64,000 nt of DNA, from the NCBI RefSeq assembly GCF_006345805.1, contig NC_043005.1, forward strand, positions 14,384,001-14,448,000, given 5' to 3'. This document shows positions 1 to 12,755 of this stretch, in pieces (position 1 is the stretch's first letter; the number at the start of each line of letters is the position of its first letter). The stretch is from Octopus sinensis (lineage: Eukaryota). The notes beneath the pieces are model-generated. The model worked only from the letters and a program-made list of their open reading frames with translations. It searched no databases and was not told the origin of the DNA. The translations under genes were made by a program, and so were the position numbers.

Positions 1-29
1 CTGTTTGTGTGTGTGTGTGTGTGTGTGTG

Positions 30-265
30 TCTCCTTGTCCTGACATTGATAACATAAACAAGCATCACTGTTATACAACTTGTGTGTTGCTCATTTTCAG
101 CCTTTCATAAAAAAATATATCTAACCATGGAGATATATTACCTTGCTTGGAAAGACGTAAAGTCAGTGACAAGAAGGACATCTAGCCATAAAAAATCTGC
201 TTCAATGAATTCTGGTCGACCCATGCAAGCATGAAAAAGTAGCTGATAAAATGATGATAACGATG
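30..265 (+). mobile_element. 3' half of a SINE-like element with an RTE-type tail (second copy about 23745-23990)
   Basis: Shares ccatgg..atattaccttgcttggaaa..gtcagtgaca.gaa and the CCATGC.AGCATG hairpin plus (TGA)n-like end with 23745-23990. Confidence 0.55.
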
Positions 266-394
266 GCAATGGTAGCTATTTACAGCCTGTCCATAACTCA
301 GTCTTCTGTCCTCCTGTCAATATTAGAATCCAAATTCAGCTCAGCTTCCTGTGACTGTAAATTTATTTAATTTTAAATGTTAGGACACTTTTAA

Positions 395-592
395 CCCTTT
401 ACATCAGATCTGGCCATATCCAGCCAAAATATTCTACATATTTTATGTTCAAACTGGCCAGATTTGGCCCCTCACATCTACTCTACAATGTCATTCTGAA
501 AAATAAGTGGTCGCATAATCAAAATCTCAACACTATGAGATAATGCATGATAAATTAAAAAACAATGTGGATAAATAAGTATTACTCTTGAC
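395..592. mobile_element. piggyBac-type MITE fragment
   Basis: TTAA followed by CCCTTT terminus; the other end was not found. Confidence 0.4.
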
Positions 593-761
593 ACTTTGTA
601 TTATACTTTGTATTCAAAGAATTCCATAATAGTCTCCAAAACACTATGAAAGCAACTCAAGCGACATCAGTCAATAATCAAACTTTAGTGAGGAAACTGA
701 TTAAATCATTTATTACTTTGTTCATATGTCTGTCCAAATAATGTCATTCCCAGACTAGATA

Positions 762-1157
762 TCTTTATATATAAAAGAGGTTGTGTGCTGTCTGTCTCCT
801 ACAATTTAGATTCCTAACTACTCCCACATTTTGCGGTGCAGTTTAACCAAAACCGGGTATCTTATAGTCGTGATTCATATCGAGCCCTTCTGGGTATTAG
901 CGCGCGTCTACGATGAGTCTACGATTTAAAAAAAAATTTACCATCAATTTTTCCCATTTTTAATGCATTTTTGGCATATATAAGGGAAGTAACTCTCTAA
1001 AAATTTTTTATTAAAGCTCAGAACGTAAAAAGCTACAGTAACATCCCCCCCCTTTGTGGTTAGCCATATTGAGATGGCTATTATACTTTACATCTCTAAA
1101 AATGCTTATATAGTTATTTCCCTTACAAATCCGAGCAACGCCAGGCGATACTGCTAG
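762..1157 (+). mobile_element. Non-autonomous Helitron
   Basis: A|TC 5' end, subterminal GC-rich ccgagcaacgccagg, CTAG|T 3' end; homologous to 46650-47116 and 57075-57467. Confidence 0.85.
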
Positions 1158-1189
1158 TGTTTGATAAAAAAATAATTTATTTACTTAAG

Positions 1190-1535
1190 TTTTAACATTC
1201 TTCCACTTTTGGAATCTCGCCTGGAAGTTGTTTTCTGAGAGTGAGTAGAAGACCTTCTGCAATACACTGTTGATCTTGACAACAGTGTTAAAACACCAAC
1301 TTTTGAGCTGCTTTTTTCATCTTGAAGAAGAGGTGGAAGTCCGCAGGGGTAAAATGTGGTGAATAGGGCAGTTGCAGAAGTGATACCATGTTGTTTTTGA
1401 TGAGAAATTCACAAGTGAGGAGAGCTAGGTGATAGGTGCATTCTCATCGTGAAGAATGCAATTCTTCGGTTTCCACAGATCTGATCACTTTCACCCTCAA
1501 ATATTCTCCCTCAAATGCTTCAAAATGTTGTTGTT
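1190..1535 (-). mobile_element. Mariner transposase relic, C-terminal part
   Basis: Minus-strand translation gives LKHLRENI..LWKPKNCILHDENAP, resembling the mariner LHHDNAP..H motif, followed by a frameshifted PYSPDLAP.DF-like region. Confidence 0.7.
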
Positions 1536-2005
1536 CTCCGATGATCTTCGCATACAAACTTGAAATCTTCAAAGCCACAGTCGAACCAATTCTACTATAT
1601 GGCTCAGAAACCTGGACGTTATCAAAGAAGCTTGAGAGGCGGTTGGATGGAACCTACACTCGCCTCCTTATGAGAGCTCAAAATCTCTCGTGGAAGCGCC
1701 ATCCAACCAAAATGCAAATATATAGGAAACTACCACCGGTGTCATCTCTTGTGAAAGGTAAGAGAGTCCAGTTAGCTGGACATTGTTGTAGAGCTGAAAA
1801 AGAGGTAATTTCTACTCTTCTCCTCTGGAAGCCATCTACTCGCAATACCAGAGGGCGCACACTCTCCTACCCTGATGTAATCTCCAGGGATACAGGCATC
1901 CAGCAACAGGACCTCCATAATGCCATGATGGACCGTGAAGTCTGGCGTAGCATGGTAAATTCCATTGTCTCGACCATGGTCGAACAATGATGATGATGAT
2001 GATGA
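1536..2005 (+). mobile_element. 5'-truncated RTE-group LINE (C-terminal end of ORF plus (TGA)n tail)
   Basis: EIFKATVEPILLYGSETWTL..RRLDGTYTRLL within ORF 1436-1990; tail tgatgatgatga at 1988-2005. Confidence 0.85.
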
Positions 2006-2376
2006 ATTTTCTCTTGTGGCAGGTCTTCCAGTTTTTGAAGCACCCATGACACTCAAAGCATTGTGTATGACACATTGCTTCATCATTGTAAGCTTGCCAA
2101 AGCATGCTCAATGCCTCTGTAGTAGACTTCCCAAGTTTAACACAAAATTTCATGTTGGCTTTTTGTTCCAACTTCCTGTCCATGACAAAAATCACAGACT
2201 ACAGCATACATATGATCACAAAAACACAAATTTCACAGCTTCTGAAGTAAACACTGCAATGTCACTCTGCACACTGCCTAATGAAGGTCACTGCTAGCTC
2301 TCACTGCACAGGCTACCGTGTGTTGCCATCTGATGGCATGCCACAAAACTAGTACAGGAATTTTTTGATGCCACTA
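2006..2376 (-). mobile_element. Mariner relic, N-terminal HTH part and putative TIR
   Basis: MDRKLEQKANMKFCVKLGKSTTEALSMLWQAY (mariner HTH); TIR-like gtggcatcaaaaaattcc near 2357-2374. Confidence 0.8.
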
Positions 2377-2699
2377 TTTCTAATTTTCTTAAGCTGATGA
2401 ATCACACAATACACTCAGCATTGGTATTTTTAAGCACACAATGAGTTGATGATGGTAGCTTCCATCGATGGAACTCTTTCAGTTGCAGCTGTTATTATTT
2501 TTGCAACAGGAATCGACTTTTCTTTAACAAAACCTCTTTCACAGTAAGAAATATTGACTCTTCTTTTAGTATCTGTTGCCAAACATCTAACAAAGAATTC
2601 TTGTGCTATTTTTTCTTCTTTTATAAACTGACCATTAGCTAGCTGTGTGGCTTCATTCCCAGGTATTGTTAGGTGATTCATCCATCATCATCATTGCCA

Positions 2700-3105
2700 T
2701 CATCATCATCATCATCATCGTCATCATTTAACGTCTGTTTTCCATGGTGGCATAGGTTGGATGGCTTGACAGGAACTGGTTAGTTAAAGACCTGCTCAGG
2801 TTCCATGTTTGTTTTGGCATGGTTTCTGTGGCTGAATACCCTTCCTAATGCCAACACCTTTGTACTGGGTGTTCTTACATAACACCAGCATGAGTGCTCT
2901 CATGTGGCACTGGCACCTATGAGCCCACAAGATTAAGAATGTTCAGCTGAAGAGGGATGCAGGGGACATGCCTGTATGCAAGGACAACCACATATTTACT
3001 TAACTTGATGTGTCTTCTCAAGCACAGCAAACCACCAGAACTCTCGGTCTCCTGTCATCCCCTCTGTGAGGCCCAATGTCTGAAGATCCTTTCTCACCAC
3101 TGTTT
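2700..3105 (-). mobile_element. Degenerate RTE 3' end
   Basis: (CAT)n followed by ttaacgtc..ccatg..catagg, the reverse complement of the RTE tail found throughout the window. Confidence 0.7.
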
Positions 3106-3454
3106 CTAATGAAAACTGGACAATCATCCAAACATTTTTAACGGTGTCTTCCTCATAATTGTCCATTTCTTCAAATCATTGTTGTGTTATTGTATTCTAA
3201 GGAATTTTATTTTGTCTCTTCCTGGCTTGTGTAACACAGAACCTTACTAATGACTAGTAGACCCAATTCCTTGCCTATAGTATGTGGCTATGTTGCTTTC
3301 AGGATTTGACAATCAATAATTTTTGTAAGAGGCATGTAACACAATATTTTCTTGCTTTGATACAGACAGAAACATACATGACAATGTTGGCTGTTTATAA
3401 AAGAGGTCTCAAAGTGATTTAATTTAAAATAATCTGTATTTGTTTTACTCTCTC

Positions 3455-3858
3455 TCTTTTACTCTTTTACTTGTTTCAGTCAGTTGACTGCGGCCATGCT
3501 GGAGCACCACCTTTAGTCGAGCAAATCGACCCCGGGACTTATTCTTTGTAAGCCTGGTACTTATTCTATCGGTCTCTTTTGCCGAACCGCTAAGTGACGG
3601 GGACGTAAACACACCAGCATCAGTTGTCAAGCAATGCTAGAGGGACAAACACAGACACACAAACATATACACACACATGCATATATACATATATACATAT
3701 ATACGACAGGCTTCTTTCAGTTTCCGTCTACCAAATCCACTCACAAGGCTTTGGTTGGCCTGAGGCTATAGCAGAAGACACTTGCCCAAGATGCCACATA
3801 GTGGGACTGAACTCGGAACCATGTGGTTAGTTAGCAAGTTACTTACCACACAGCCACT
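3455..3858 (-). mobile_element. tRNA-derived SINE family 1 (internal TA/CA microsatellite, AAAAGAGT tail)
   Basis: Head AGTGGCTGTGTGGTAAG (box A), GTTCAGTCCC-like box B, CTTGGGCAAGTG; about 15 copies in the window. Confidence 0.9.
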
Positions 3859-4394
3859 GATGAGCATGAATTTTTTTTTCCAGTGCTCTTCTTATCCTTT
3901 CTTTTTTTGAGTCCTCTAGAGAAATTTGGCTGTTATTTCTAATGGATTGACCAACCATATTGAGAACCTGTGATTAGCATGTATTCTCTCTCATTGGCTT
4001 GCTTCGATGTAATTAAAAATGATAATGAATGACTTAGCAACACATGGCAACCTTTGACTCTTTAGGATATATATATTTTTAATCACCAAAAGATGTGATA
4101 AAGTTATTTCAGTGTTATCACATGTCATTTATCTTCTTTGACTTTAATTAATGAGGAAAAGAAAGTTGATAACTGAGACACTAGACTTCTGACTAAACCT
4201 ATGACAGCATTCATATTTTTTCCTCCAAGGTCTTTGTAGATCAAATCTATTCAAAACGGACTTTGCTTTTCCTTTGTTCAACATGCTTGTGTGTGTGTTG
4301 TGTGCGTTAGTGCCTAAGTTGTGTGTACTGGAGAATGTGTCAGTGCATACATTAGGTGTGTGTATTTGTGAGAATAAAATAGTATGTGTGGTGC

Positions 4395-4660
4395 AAGCAT
4401 GGCTGAGTGGTTAAACAGTTTTTATTACAATCATGAGGTCTTTGGCTCAATCTCACTGCATAGCACCTTGAACAAGTGTTGTTAACCTAGATCCTGTCAA
4501 TGAAATTTTGTAGATGGAAACACCATGCAATTCTTCAAATGGACTTCAAATGGAACTTAAAGTCAACTCAGCCATTTATTCTTCTGGGTTTCATAATATA
4601 AATAAAGCATCGGTCAAGTAGTAGGGTTGCTGGAATTGACTAAACCCCACCTTTTTCTAA
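4395..4660 (+). mobile_element. Old degenerate tRNA-derived SINE
   Basis: catggctgagtggttaa head, gcaccttgaacaagtg, gtcaactcagcc. Confidence 0.55.
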
Positions 4661-4699
4661 ATTTCTATCTTTTTGGCCGTTGTTGTTGTTGTTGTTGTT

Positions 4700-5040
4700 A
4701 CTGTGGGCAGTGAATGCTAGAACCATTAAATTTATTATTTATGCACTCTTTTCAAGCCTAGCCAGGCTCATGGGCTCGGTTTCCCAGTTTCTATGGAGTA
4801 TGTGTTACCCCCAGCTGGACTGGACACCAGTCCATTGCAGCATTACTCAAGAAACAGGAAGAAAGAGTGAGAGAAAGTTGGGGCGAAAGAGTACAACAGG
4901 GGTCGCCACAACCCCCTACCGGAGCCTCGTGGAGCTTTAAGCGTTTTCACTCAATAAACACACACAACGCCCGGCTTGGGCATTGAAACCGTGATCCTCC
5001 GACCACGAGTCCGCTGTCCTAACCACTGCGCCATTGCAAA
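4700..5040 (-). mobile_element. tRNA-derived SINE family 5 (truncated second copy about 48058-48205, +)
   Basis: Minus strand GCAATGGCGCAGTGGTTAGG..GGTTTCAATGCC head; shares aaagctccacgaggctc with 48058-48205. Confidence 0.75.
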
Positions 5041-5339
5041 TCCACTAGAAACATTAAAACAAGTAACAAAATGTCTTGTGTTATTTGTTCTGATATTTGA
5101 TGTTCTGATTTCAAATTCTGCCAAAGTCTCACTTTATCTTTCATCCTTCTGGTCTTGCTAAAGTACCAGTTAAGTACTGGCTCAATATAATCAACTGTCC
5201 GCACTCCCGCAAAAAAAAATTTCTGTCTTTGTTAGAAACAATTGTTATTAATGTAATGGCTAAACGGTTTACTGCCGATAATTATATCAATGAGTTTGTA
5301 ACAGAAAAAAACTTACAAATGCTTCTTTCTCTTTTCCAG

Positions 5340-5491
5340 TAAGGTCGATGGCTATGGGTTTGAACGTTCAGATAGTTTTGACTATGGACTCAATAGTGAA
5401 TTTGTATCAACTTATAAACCCATCTTAGAGCGACGAAACAAGCGATGGAACGACTCAGTTCCCAACTCAAAAGTTCCCCACAACAGAAAAA
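5340..5491 (+). CDS. GRTP1: GRTP1-like exon A: (x)KVDGYGFERSDSFDYGLNSEFVSTYKPILERRNKRWNDSVPNSKVPHNRK
   Basis: Polypyrimidine tract ending ttttccag at 5339; donor gtaagg at 5492; phase 2 in, phase 1 out. Confidence 0.9.
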
Positions 5492-5521
5492 GTAAGGGTC
5501 ACCTTTTTGTTTTGTTGAACA

Positions 5522-5566
<45 letters not shown>

Positions 5567-5577
5567 GTCATTATTAC

Positions 5578-5790
5578 AGTAGTGAGCTGGTAGAATCGTT
5601 AACATGCCTGGCAAAATGCTAAATGGCATTTCATACGTCCTTATGTTCTGAGTTCAAATTCCACCAAGGTCAACTTTACCTTTCATCCTTTTGGGGTCAG
5701 TGAAATAAGTACCAGTTATGCACTGGGGTCTGTGTAATTGATTAGCCCTCTCTCCCAAAATTTCAGGCCTTGTGCCTTTAGTAGAAATGA
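5578..5790 (+). mobile_element. tRNA-derived SINE family 2 (partial second copy 5875-6010; fragment 5070-5205)
   Basis: gagctgg.agaatcgtta..aaatgct..ttctgagttcaaattcc..ggtcaactt..cctttcatcc..taagtaccag; flanked by (TTA)n tracts. Confidence 0.85.
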
Positions 5791-5841
5791 TTATTATTAT
5801 TATTATTATTGTTGTTATTATTATTATTATTATTATTATTG

Positions 5842-5873
<32 letters not shown>

Positions 5874-6789
5874 GAGGTGGCAAACTGGCAGAGTCATTAG
5901 CACACAAGGCATAATGTTTAGCGGTATTTCTCCCATCGCTACGTTCTGAGTTCAAATTCCGCCGAGGTCAACTTTGCCTTCCATTCTTTCAGGGTCAATA
6001 AATTAAGTTCTTTTTTTGGAATCTCTCTAGCAGGGGAGTAGTGTAAGAACCTCGCTTTGCCCTGCCTGAGATATGAAATCAAATCTACCCACTTGTTGCT
6101 TGTCAAAACAAGCAGGAAATCTTCTCCAGATCGAGAATACACGTCATTGATTGGTTCAAATTACCTAAATACGACAACTTTAACATGAGATAACTTTGAA
6201 AATACAAACTTTTCTCAAAAACGCTAAGAGTGAAAGATGTTTTATATGACACATTCTACCAGTGTCCGAAGTTTGAAAGTGTTTGGTTACAAAAAATTAA
6301 TTTCTCGATCTGCCATTCAAAGGGTAAAGATCCGATTGACCTTTTCTTGACCAGCACAGGTCTTTGGCAGTCAAGTGTTTCCCCATCAACCATCTTGTGT
6401 GGAGAGAATTTCCCCGCCTGTTTTGACAAACAACAAGTGGGTAGATTTGATTTCAAATCTCAAGCAGGGTGAAGCGAGGTCCCTACACTGTTGTTTACAA
6501 ATGTATTGACACAAGAAGCTGGAAAATATAGCAAGTGATACAGCAGCAAATAGCAAAGTGCCTCAGACCCACCTGGGACACCAAAACACATGATGCTAGA
6601 GGGAAAAAATATAGCATAGTAGAGGTGAGATTTCCAACAGAGAGTAAGACCATAAAGCACTCCACAATAATCCTAAAGTGTAATGAACTACTCTTCATAA
6701 CAATCTACCTTGACAATAGGGTAGTAAGAATTAAAATATAAAAAAAAACAAAAACATGACCACCCAGAAGTAAACATCTAATGGTTGTA

Positions 6790-7190
6790 AATAGTCATAA
6801 AAGCTAAGAGACAGGCTTGAAAAGAATGGAGGAAAGGAGGGTCAAGAGAACAGAACAGCTAGAGATGCTAGACATTTGTCCAGTATACATAGTAAAAAGG
6901 AGAGATGATTGGTTTGTGAAAGCTGTGCAAGTTATGTACAGGAATACTATTAGCAAACTGGGAGTTTACAATGAGTTCAGTAAAGAATTGAACTTGCTGG
7001 TTGGTGTGCAGCAGGGTTTCATTCTTGGCTTCCTCTTGTTTATTAGTTTTGCAGGCTATATCAGAAAAATTCAAAACTGGTTATCCATAGGAACTCCTGT
7101 ATGCCAGTGACCATAAATGAAAAACAGGATTTTGGTACAAATTTCCAAGAACATTATTGAGTAAAACAACCAAGATGAGGATACCAGTCT
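6790..7190 (+). mobile_element. Degenerate RTE reverse transcriptase fragment
   Basis: WFVKAVQVMYRN..VGVQQGFILGFLLFI resembles the RT motif GVHQGSVLSPLLF. Confidence 0.6.
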
Positions 7191-7203
7191 AAATATATTA
7201 AAG

Positions 7204-7523
7204 CAGTGGTTCCCAAACTTTTTAGAGTCGCAACCCACTATTTATCACACCAGTTTATGACAACCCACTTAACTCTACTGAGTAAAAACATTAATGAAAT
7301 TAACAAATTTATTTCAGATTACATCTTCAGTGAGGCCTGTGAGAAGGACGAGCCTGTTTCTTGTAAGCCTCAGAACAAATTCTTCGTCGCGCAAATATTT
7401 CGCAAAATCGCTTTTATCTTCTAAAAAATATAGCTAATGCGTAATTTTATAACTTTTTGCGACCCACTAAGATTCCGTTTGCGACCCATCTGTAGGTCGC
7501 GACTCATAGTTTGGGAACCACTG
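7204..7523. mobile_element. hAT-type MITE
   Basis: TIRs CAGTGGTTCCCAAACT / AGTTTGGGAACCACTG; 8-bp TSD tattaaag / tattaaaa. Confidence 0.9.
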
Positions 7524-8824
7524 TATTAAAATATAATAATGATAATTCCTCATCTCCAAAATTCATTTAAAAATACCTGGTCCATTCCATTGATGTTGGT
7601 GTCTGAAATAAACATATTTGGTCCATTCCACTAATGTTGGAATTTATGATGAAGCCTACTTGGTCCATTCCACTAATGCTGGTGTTGTGATGAATATACC
7701 AGGTTCTGGATTGGTGATATTATGGTATTCATGGTATTGTTGTTGATGATGTTGATGATTGGATTAGATCTTGGGGCTGTTGATTTACAACTATGATAAC
7801 TTCTGATATTGTTGATGCTGTTATTTAACCCTAGGCTAACCCTGTGTCATTATACCTGTGATTGAAAGCCTCCCATCTGTAACCACCTTGATTTTTACTC
7901 CAGCATAGCATGTCTAGGATTATATTATCCAAAATGCCCTGCTTTTTTTTTAAAGATGGTTGTGTGTGATTTGGGAGGCATTTGTTTGCTATTTCTACCA
8001 AGTTAAGTGGCTGCATCATGGGTCTCTCGTTGGTTTGAGGCATTGCCGATTTTGATGTTGATGGTGCTGGTTATGTCTTGGAGCTGTTGACTTCCTTCTA
8101 CAGTAACGACTGGTATTTGCAATATGATGACGATGATGATGTTACAGTTGATAAAGCCCCTAAGACTGTGTGTGTAACACTTAAAAGCATGTGTCTGTGT
8201 GTGTGATGGGGTAGGTTTCTAAACACAGCAAGTGACATGTTTGTTCTTTTCCCTTTGAAATCCTCAATCATGCATTCTTTATGGTTTCTTATCTGTCATG
8301 TAACACAAGTGCCAAACTTCCAAGTGGTTATTCTATTGTGATTGGCCCATAATCTTTTTCAAAGTAGGTCACAAACCCTCACCACCATTTTTGTTTGTTT
8401 GTTTTAATTTTTATTTCTTTTTTCTTCTTCTTTGTAATGGACAACAAACAATATTGCCACCACCACCACCACCACCACCACCACTATTACTGCTGCCACT
8501 GTTGTCATAGTTACTACTGTTACCATTGTTGTTGTTGTTAATATTAACTGCCACCACCACCATCACCACCACTAATTCCACTCCACTCTCTTCACCACTA
8601 TCCCCTTGAGCATTTCCATTAGCTGTAAATTAGCTGTAAATAGCTATCACTACTATCATCATCACCACAATCACCATTCATTCATAACACTGTCACCACC
8701 AACTCTCTTTCTTAGTCAAGACAGCCCAGCGGATAAATATATATAAATCTCCTTCTTTCTCTCTCTCTCTGTATGTGTGTATGAATGTATGTGTGTGTGT
8801 GTGTATGAATGTGTGTGTACATAT

Positions 8825-9057
8825 GTATATATTCTTTTACTTTTTTGCTTGTTTCAGTCATTTGACTGGCCATGCTGGAGCACCGCCTAGTCGAAGAAAT
8901 CAACCCCAGGACTTATTCTTTGTAAGCCTAGTGCTTATTCTATCGGTCTCTTTTTGCCAAACCACTAAGTTACGGGGATGTAAACACACCAACATTGGTT
9001 GTTAAGTGATGCTGGGGTGGGGTACAAACACAGACACACAGACATAAACATACATAC

Positions 9058-9108
<51 letters not shown>

Positions 9109-9117
9109 CATACTCAG
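8825..9117 (-). mobile_element. SINE family 1, 3' half, cut at its internal microsatellite
   Basis: Same body as 3455-3858; head missing; abuts the Gypsy relic. Confidence 0.85.
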
Positions 9118-11760
9118 CTTGTTGACAGGGGATGCAGGTCTTGGTCCACTCACCAATTTGTTTGGCCATACTGTGCCACATAAATTTGCTTGACAGCAAG
9201 TGCTGTGTGGCTCTAGTACCTGGGTTGGACGGTCTGTGAATGATGTCAAAACCTTCCTACGCCAGGATAATGGGATGATCGGTCATGGATTCCCAGGGAA
9301 TACATCATATAGTAGAGTTGTGCCATTGGAGCCAAAGTGCACATCCTGCAAGGAAAGTGACATGATGGTAGTGCGGTAAGCCCTGATCTCGTCATCTGTC
9401 TGTTGGGCTACAGTCATAGCCTTGTTATCCAGGCCTTCTGCTATTGGGGCTAGGTAGGTGTGAGAGCAGGTAAGGACACACGAGAGTGTGTCAGCGACTG
9501 GATTGCCTTTTCTGGCTATATGTTGGATGTACGAGGTGTACTCGGAAATGGCCGTGGTGTATTCAGATGTCCGTTGTGTACTCAGTTATCATTGCTGGCA
9601 TGCAGACCAAGGCTTTGAGAGCTCATAGGAAAGGTGAGTGATTTGTGGTCTGTGAACACTGTAAATTTGTGGCCTTCAAGAAAATGGCAACAGTGGCAGA
9701 CATCTAGCTGGACAACTAGCTGTTCCCTGTCAAAAGCACTGTACTTCTGTTCAGGAGGTCACTGTTGTTGACTGAAGAAAGCAAATAATCACCACTGACC
9801 ATTGATGTATTGTTCCAAAACACCCCCAATGGCTGTGTTGGAGGCATCATCTGTGAGTACAGTCCAAGATGCCATATGAGGATGGAACAGCATTGCTGCT
9901 TTAGCATGGTTGCTTGTTTTATGGATTTGAAGGCTGAGGTCATTGCACCATCCCACTCCACCTGTCTTTTTGAACCATCTTTTGATAGTGCCTTGTATAG
10001 GGGTCTCATCACTCTTGCTGCAGAAGAGATGATGCAATGGTAAAAGTTTATCATGCCCAGAAATTGGTGTAGAGCCTTGCTTGTGGTGGGAGTGTGGAAA
10101 GGATAAGATAGCTTTCGCTTTTTCTGGCAGGGGTGTAGCACCAACACCTGTGATTCAATGTCCCAGGAAGTTGATATCTGTGACACCAAAAACACGCTTT
10201 GTGGGGTTGATTACTAGGCCATACTGTTTCAGTCTATCAAAAAGAGTCACTAGGTGGTTCTTGTGTAGCTCTGCATTTTGGCTTGCAATAAGGATATTAT
10301 CTAAGAATGTAAAGACAAAATCAAGACCCCTGCAAATGGTGTCCATCAAACGTTGGAAGGATTGTGCTGCATTTTTCAGGCTAAAGGGTGTACATAGGAA
10401 TTCATACAGCCTGAAAGGAGTGATCACAGCAGTTTTCAGTACATCGTCGTCTTGTACTGGTATTTGGTGGTAACCTCAGATGCGGTTGACCTTTGAGAAA
10501 ACCAAGCACATGGCTAGCTGGGCAGAGAAGTCCTGTATGTGTGGAACGAGGTAGCAGTCGAGTATCATGTCTGCATTGAGACGGTGGTAATATCTGCATG
10601 ATTACCAACCTCCATTGAGTTTCGAGGCCACATGCAGGTGTGACAACCAGGGACTGCTTGGTCAGCAAACTATGCCCAAGGGCTCCATATTGTCAAACTT
10701 GGTCTTTGCAATAGCAAGTTTGTCTGGCAACAGACGATGTGTGTGGCTGTGAACTGGGGGGATGAGCAGTGATGGGCATGTGGTGTGTCGCTCTGTGGTG
10801 TGCTGTAGGTTTAGAGAATGTTGGAGTAATGAGATTGGGTGACTCACAAGGAGATTTGAGAATTCGTTTTCGGTCTGAGAGACGGTTGCTATGTGGCATG
10901 TGCAGATGTTTCCAGAGACATGGAAGCGTGTGTGCTGCTGTTGATGAGTTATCTCCCCTGCAAATCAATCAGTAGCAAGTGTGCTCGAAAACTGTCTGCC
11001 CCAAGAATCGGCTGATGGACATCGGCGATAGTGAATGTCCATGTGTATTTTTGTGAGTCGATGTTGAGAGAAAGAATGTGGTGACCATACACCTCAATTG
11101 TAGAACCATTGGCATCTGTTAAAGGTTGGCCCTGCTTTCCTTAACGGAGGTCTCTTACCAATGCTAGGATCACACTGACTTCTGTTCCTGTGTCAATGAA
11201 AAACCTACATCTGTAGCTCTGGCCATGGACATAGAGAAGCAGTTGATCGTGTCTGCCGACCACCAAGGTATTCAATGGTGGCCAGCCTTGGAGTTTCCTG
11301 GGCCTAATGGCCAAGGGATCCTGAAATTATATGGTTGTTTGCACTTCGTAGCCTTTCCCCCAAACTTGTGTAGAAGCACAGGTCATCTTGCTTAACTCTA
11401 CCATGATTCGGGGCTCACCCTATGATGTTGACCATAACACCATGGGATAAAAAATATTTGTTGGCTGCTTTTGCTAACTGCCGCAGGTCCTTGATCTCGG
11501 TCTGAGTTATGAGGGCTTGGACCTGGGGTGGTAACTTGTGGAGGAATATTTCCCTAAACAAAAAGGAAGGTAACTCACCAGGAGGAACTAATGCCAACAT
11601 CTTGCCCATCAACTCTGAAGGCTTAGAATCACCTAATTCTTCCTCCAGTATCTTGGCTGCCACTTCCCAGTTGCTCCACCAGAATGTATCCACCAGCTTG
11701 TCTTTTAACACGGTGTATGTATTTGTGTGTTGCTGGGGGGTTGGGTTAACATGTCTAGCA
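9118..11760 (-). mobile_element. Ty3/Gypsy LTR retrotransposon relic (gag-PR-RT-RNaseH-truncated INT), CsRn1-like by inference
   Basis: gag ELGDSKPSELMGKM; protease FFIDTGTEVSVI (about 11160-11210); RT TPF.LYEFL..PFSLKNAAQSFQRLMD..FLDNILI; RNase H TDDASNTAIGGVLEQ; integrase zinc finger FMWHSMAKQIGEWTKTCIPCQ. Many stops; LTRs not recognised. Confidence 0.9.
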
Positions 11761-12621
11761 CCCTCGTTGCTGTGTCCTCATCTAGTGCCACTACTACGTA
11801 TGAATATTTCGTTAGGTCAGAAGTTATTTTGCATATGTTAAATTGTGCTTCTGCCTGGGTGAATCATAACTCAGCCCACTTTGGCCAGAATTGTTGTAGC
11901 TTCAGTGTTGTTGCTGCTTGCTACGTTTCTTTGATTTTTTGTTTACTTCGATGTGCAAAGCAAAAGCTGTTGTTCTTCTGTGAGGTCACTAATTATAGCT
12001 TTAATTAAGCTATACACAAATAAATTATGGAGACCTAGAATGCATTAGTGAAAGATTTATGGAGTTAGATATATAAGGGCAACAGACATCAGTCCATGCC
12101 TGCTTTGTAGAAGGCTGCTTAACCAGAAGTCAACTTCACTGCAGACCATCTCCCTAGCTAGCTCGCAGTGAAGTTCCTGCCTACAGTTTGTCTGTTATAA
12201 ATCCTTGGGCAGTGTCCTACACATGCACACAAACACCCCACCCACATATATGTGTGTGTGTGTGTGTGTATTGATTGGTATTAGGAGGGTCATCCAGTTG
12301 AAACAATAACAAAAATAGCATGCATGTGAAAGAAATGTTCTCCTGATCCCCTGACCAATCTTGGAGGGCAGCAGATCCAAATGAGAATTCAGTAAAAATT
12401 GTACAACTCCTCCAAGCCATGGCATCATGGAGAGTGAATGTGAAATGATGTTTAATAATTGGGACAAAAATTCTCTTGATTATATAATGAAATGAGAGGT
12501 GGAAGTGAAACATAAAAAGTAGGCTAATTTAATTTTCTATTTTAGAATTTCATTTTTTTAGCAGCAACCTTTATGACTAATTTAATGTTTTGACTAATTT
12601 AATGTGTTTCACCTATTTCAG

Positions 12622-12668
12622 TGAAACGCTTCTGTCGGAAAGGAATACCAAATGAATATCGGGCAACA
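12622..12668 (+). CDS. GRTP1: GRTP1-like exon B (47 nt): (M)KRFCRKGIPNEYRAT
   Basis: Acceptor atttcag at 12621; donor gtaagt at 12669; conserved RKGIP motif; phases fit both neighbours. Confidence 0.92.
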
Positions 12669-12755
12669 GTAAGTATGAAGTTGTTAAACCAACAGTTCAA
12701 ATTCATTGCATAAATTTCCTTAGCTTTTTTTACATTTCAAAATGAAATACACAAA

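Noticed and set aside
1436-1990. 184-aa ORF as a cellular gene
   Set aside because: It is a chimera of antisense mariner sequence and the C-terminus of an RTE ORF.
5256-5342. ATG upstream of exon A as the GRTP1 start
   Set aside because: It opens a 28-codon frame that ends at TAA 5340-5342, out of frame with the exon, and it overlaps the polypyrimidine tract.
6150-6741. Short ORFs with YQCP (possible L1/Tx1 zinc-knuckle remnant)
   Set aside because: Only one weak motif, with no supporting RT or endonuclease sequence; left uncalled.
12000-12270. Possible 5' LTR of the Gypsy relic
   Set aside because: No second copy, TG..CA termini or primer-binding site could be identified.
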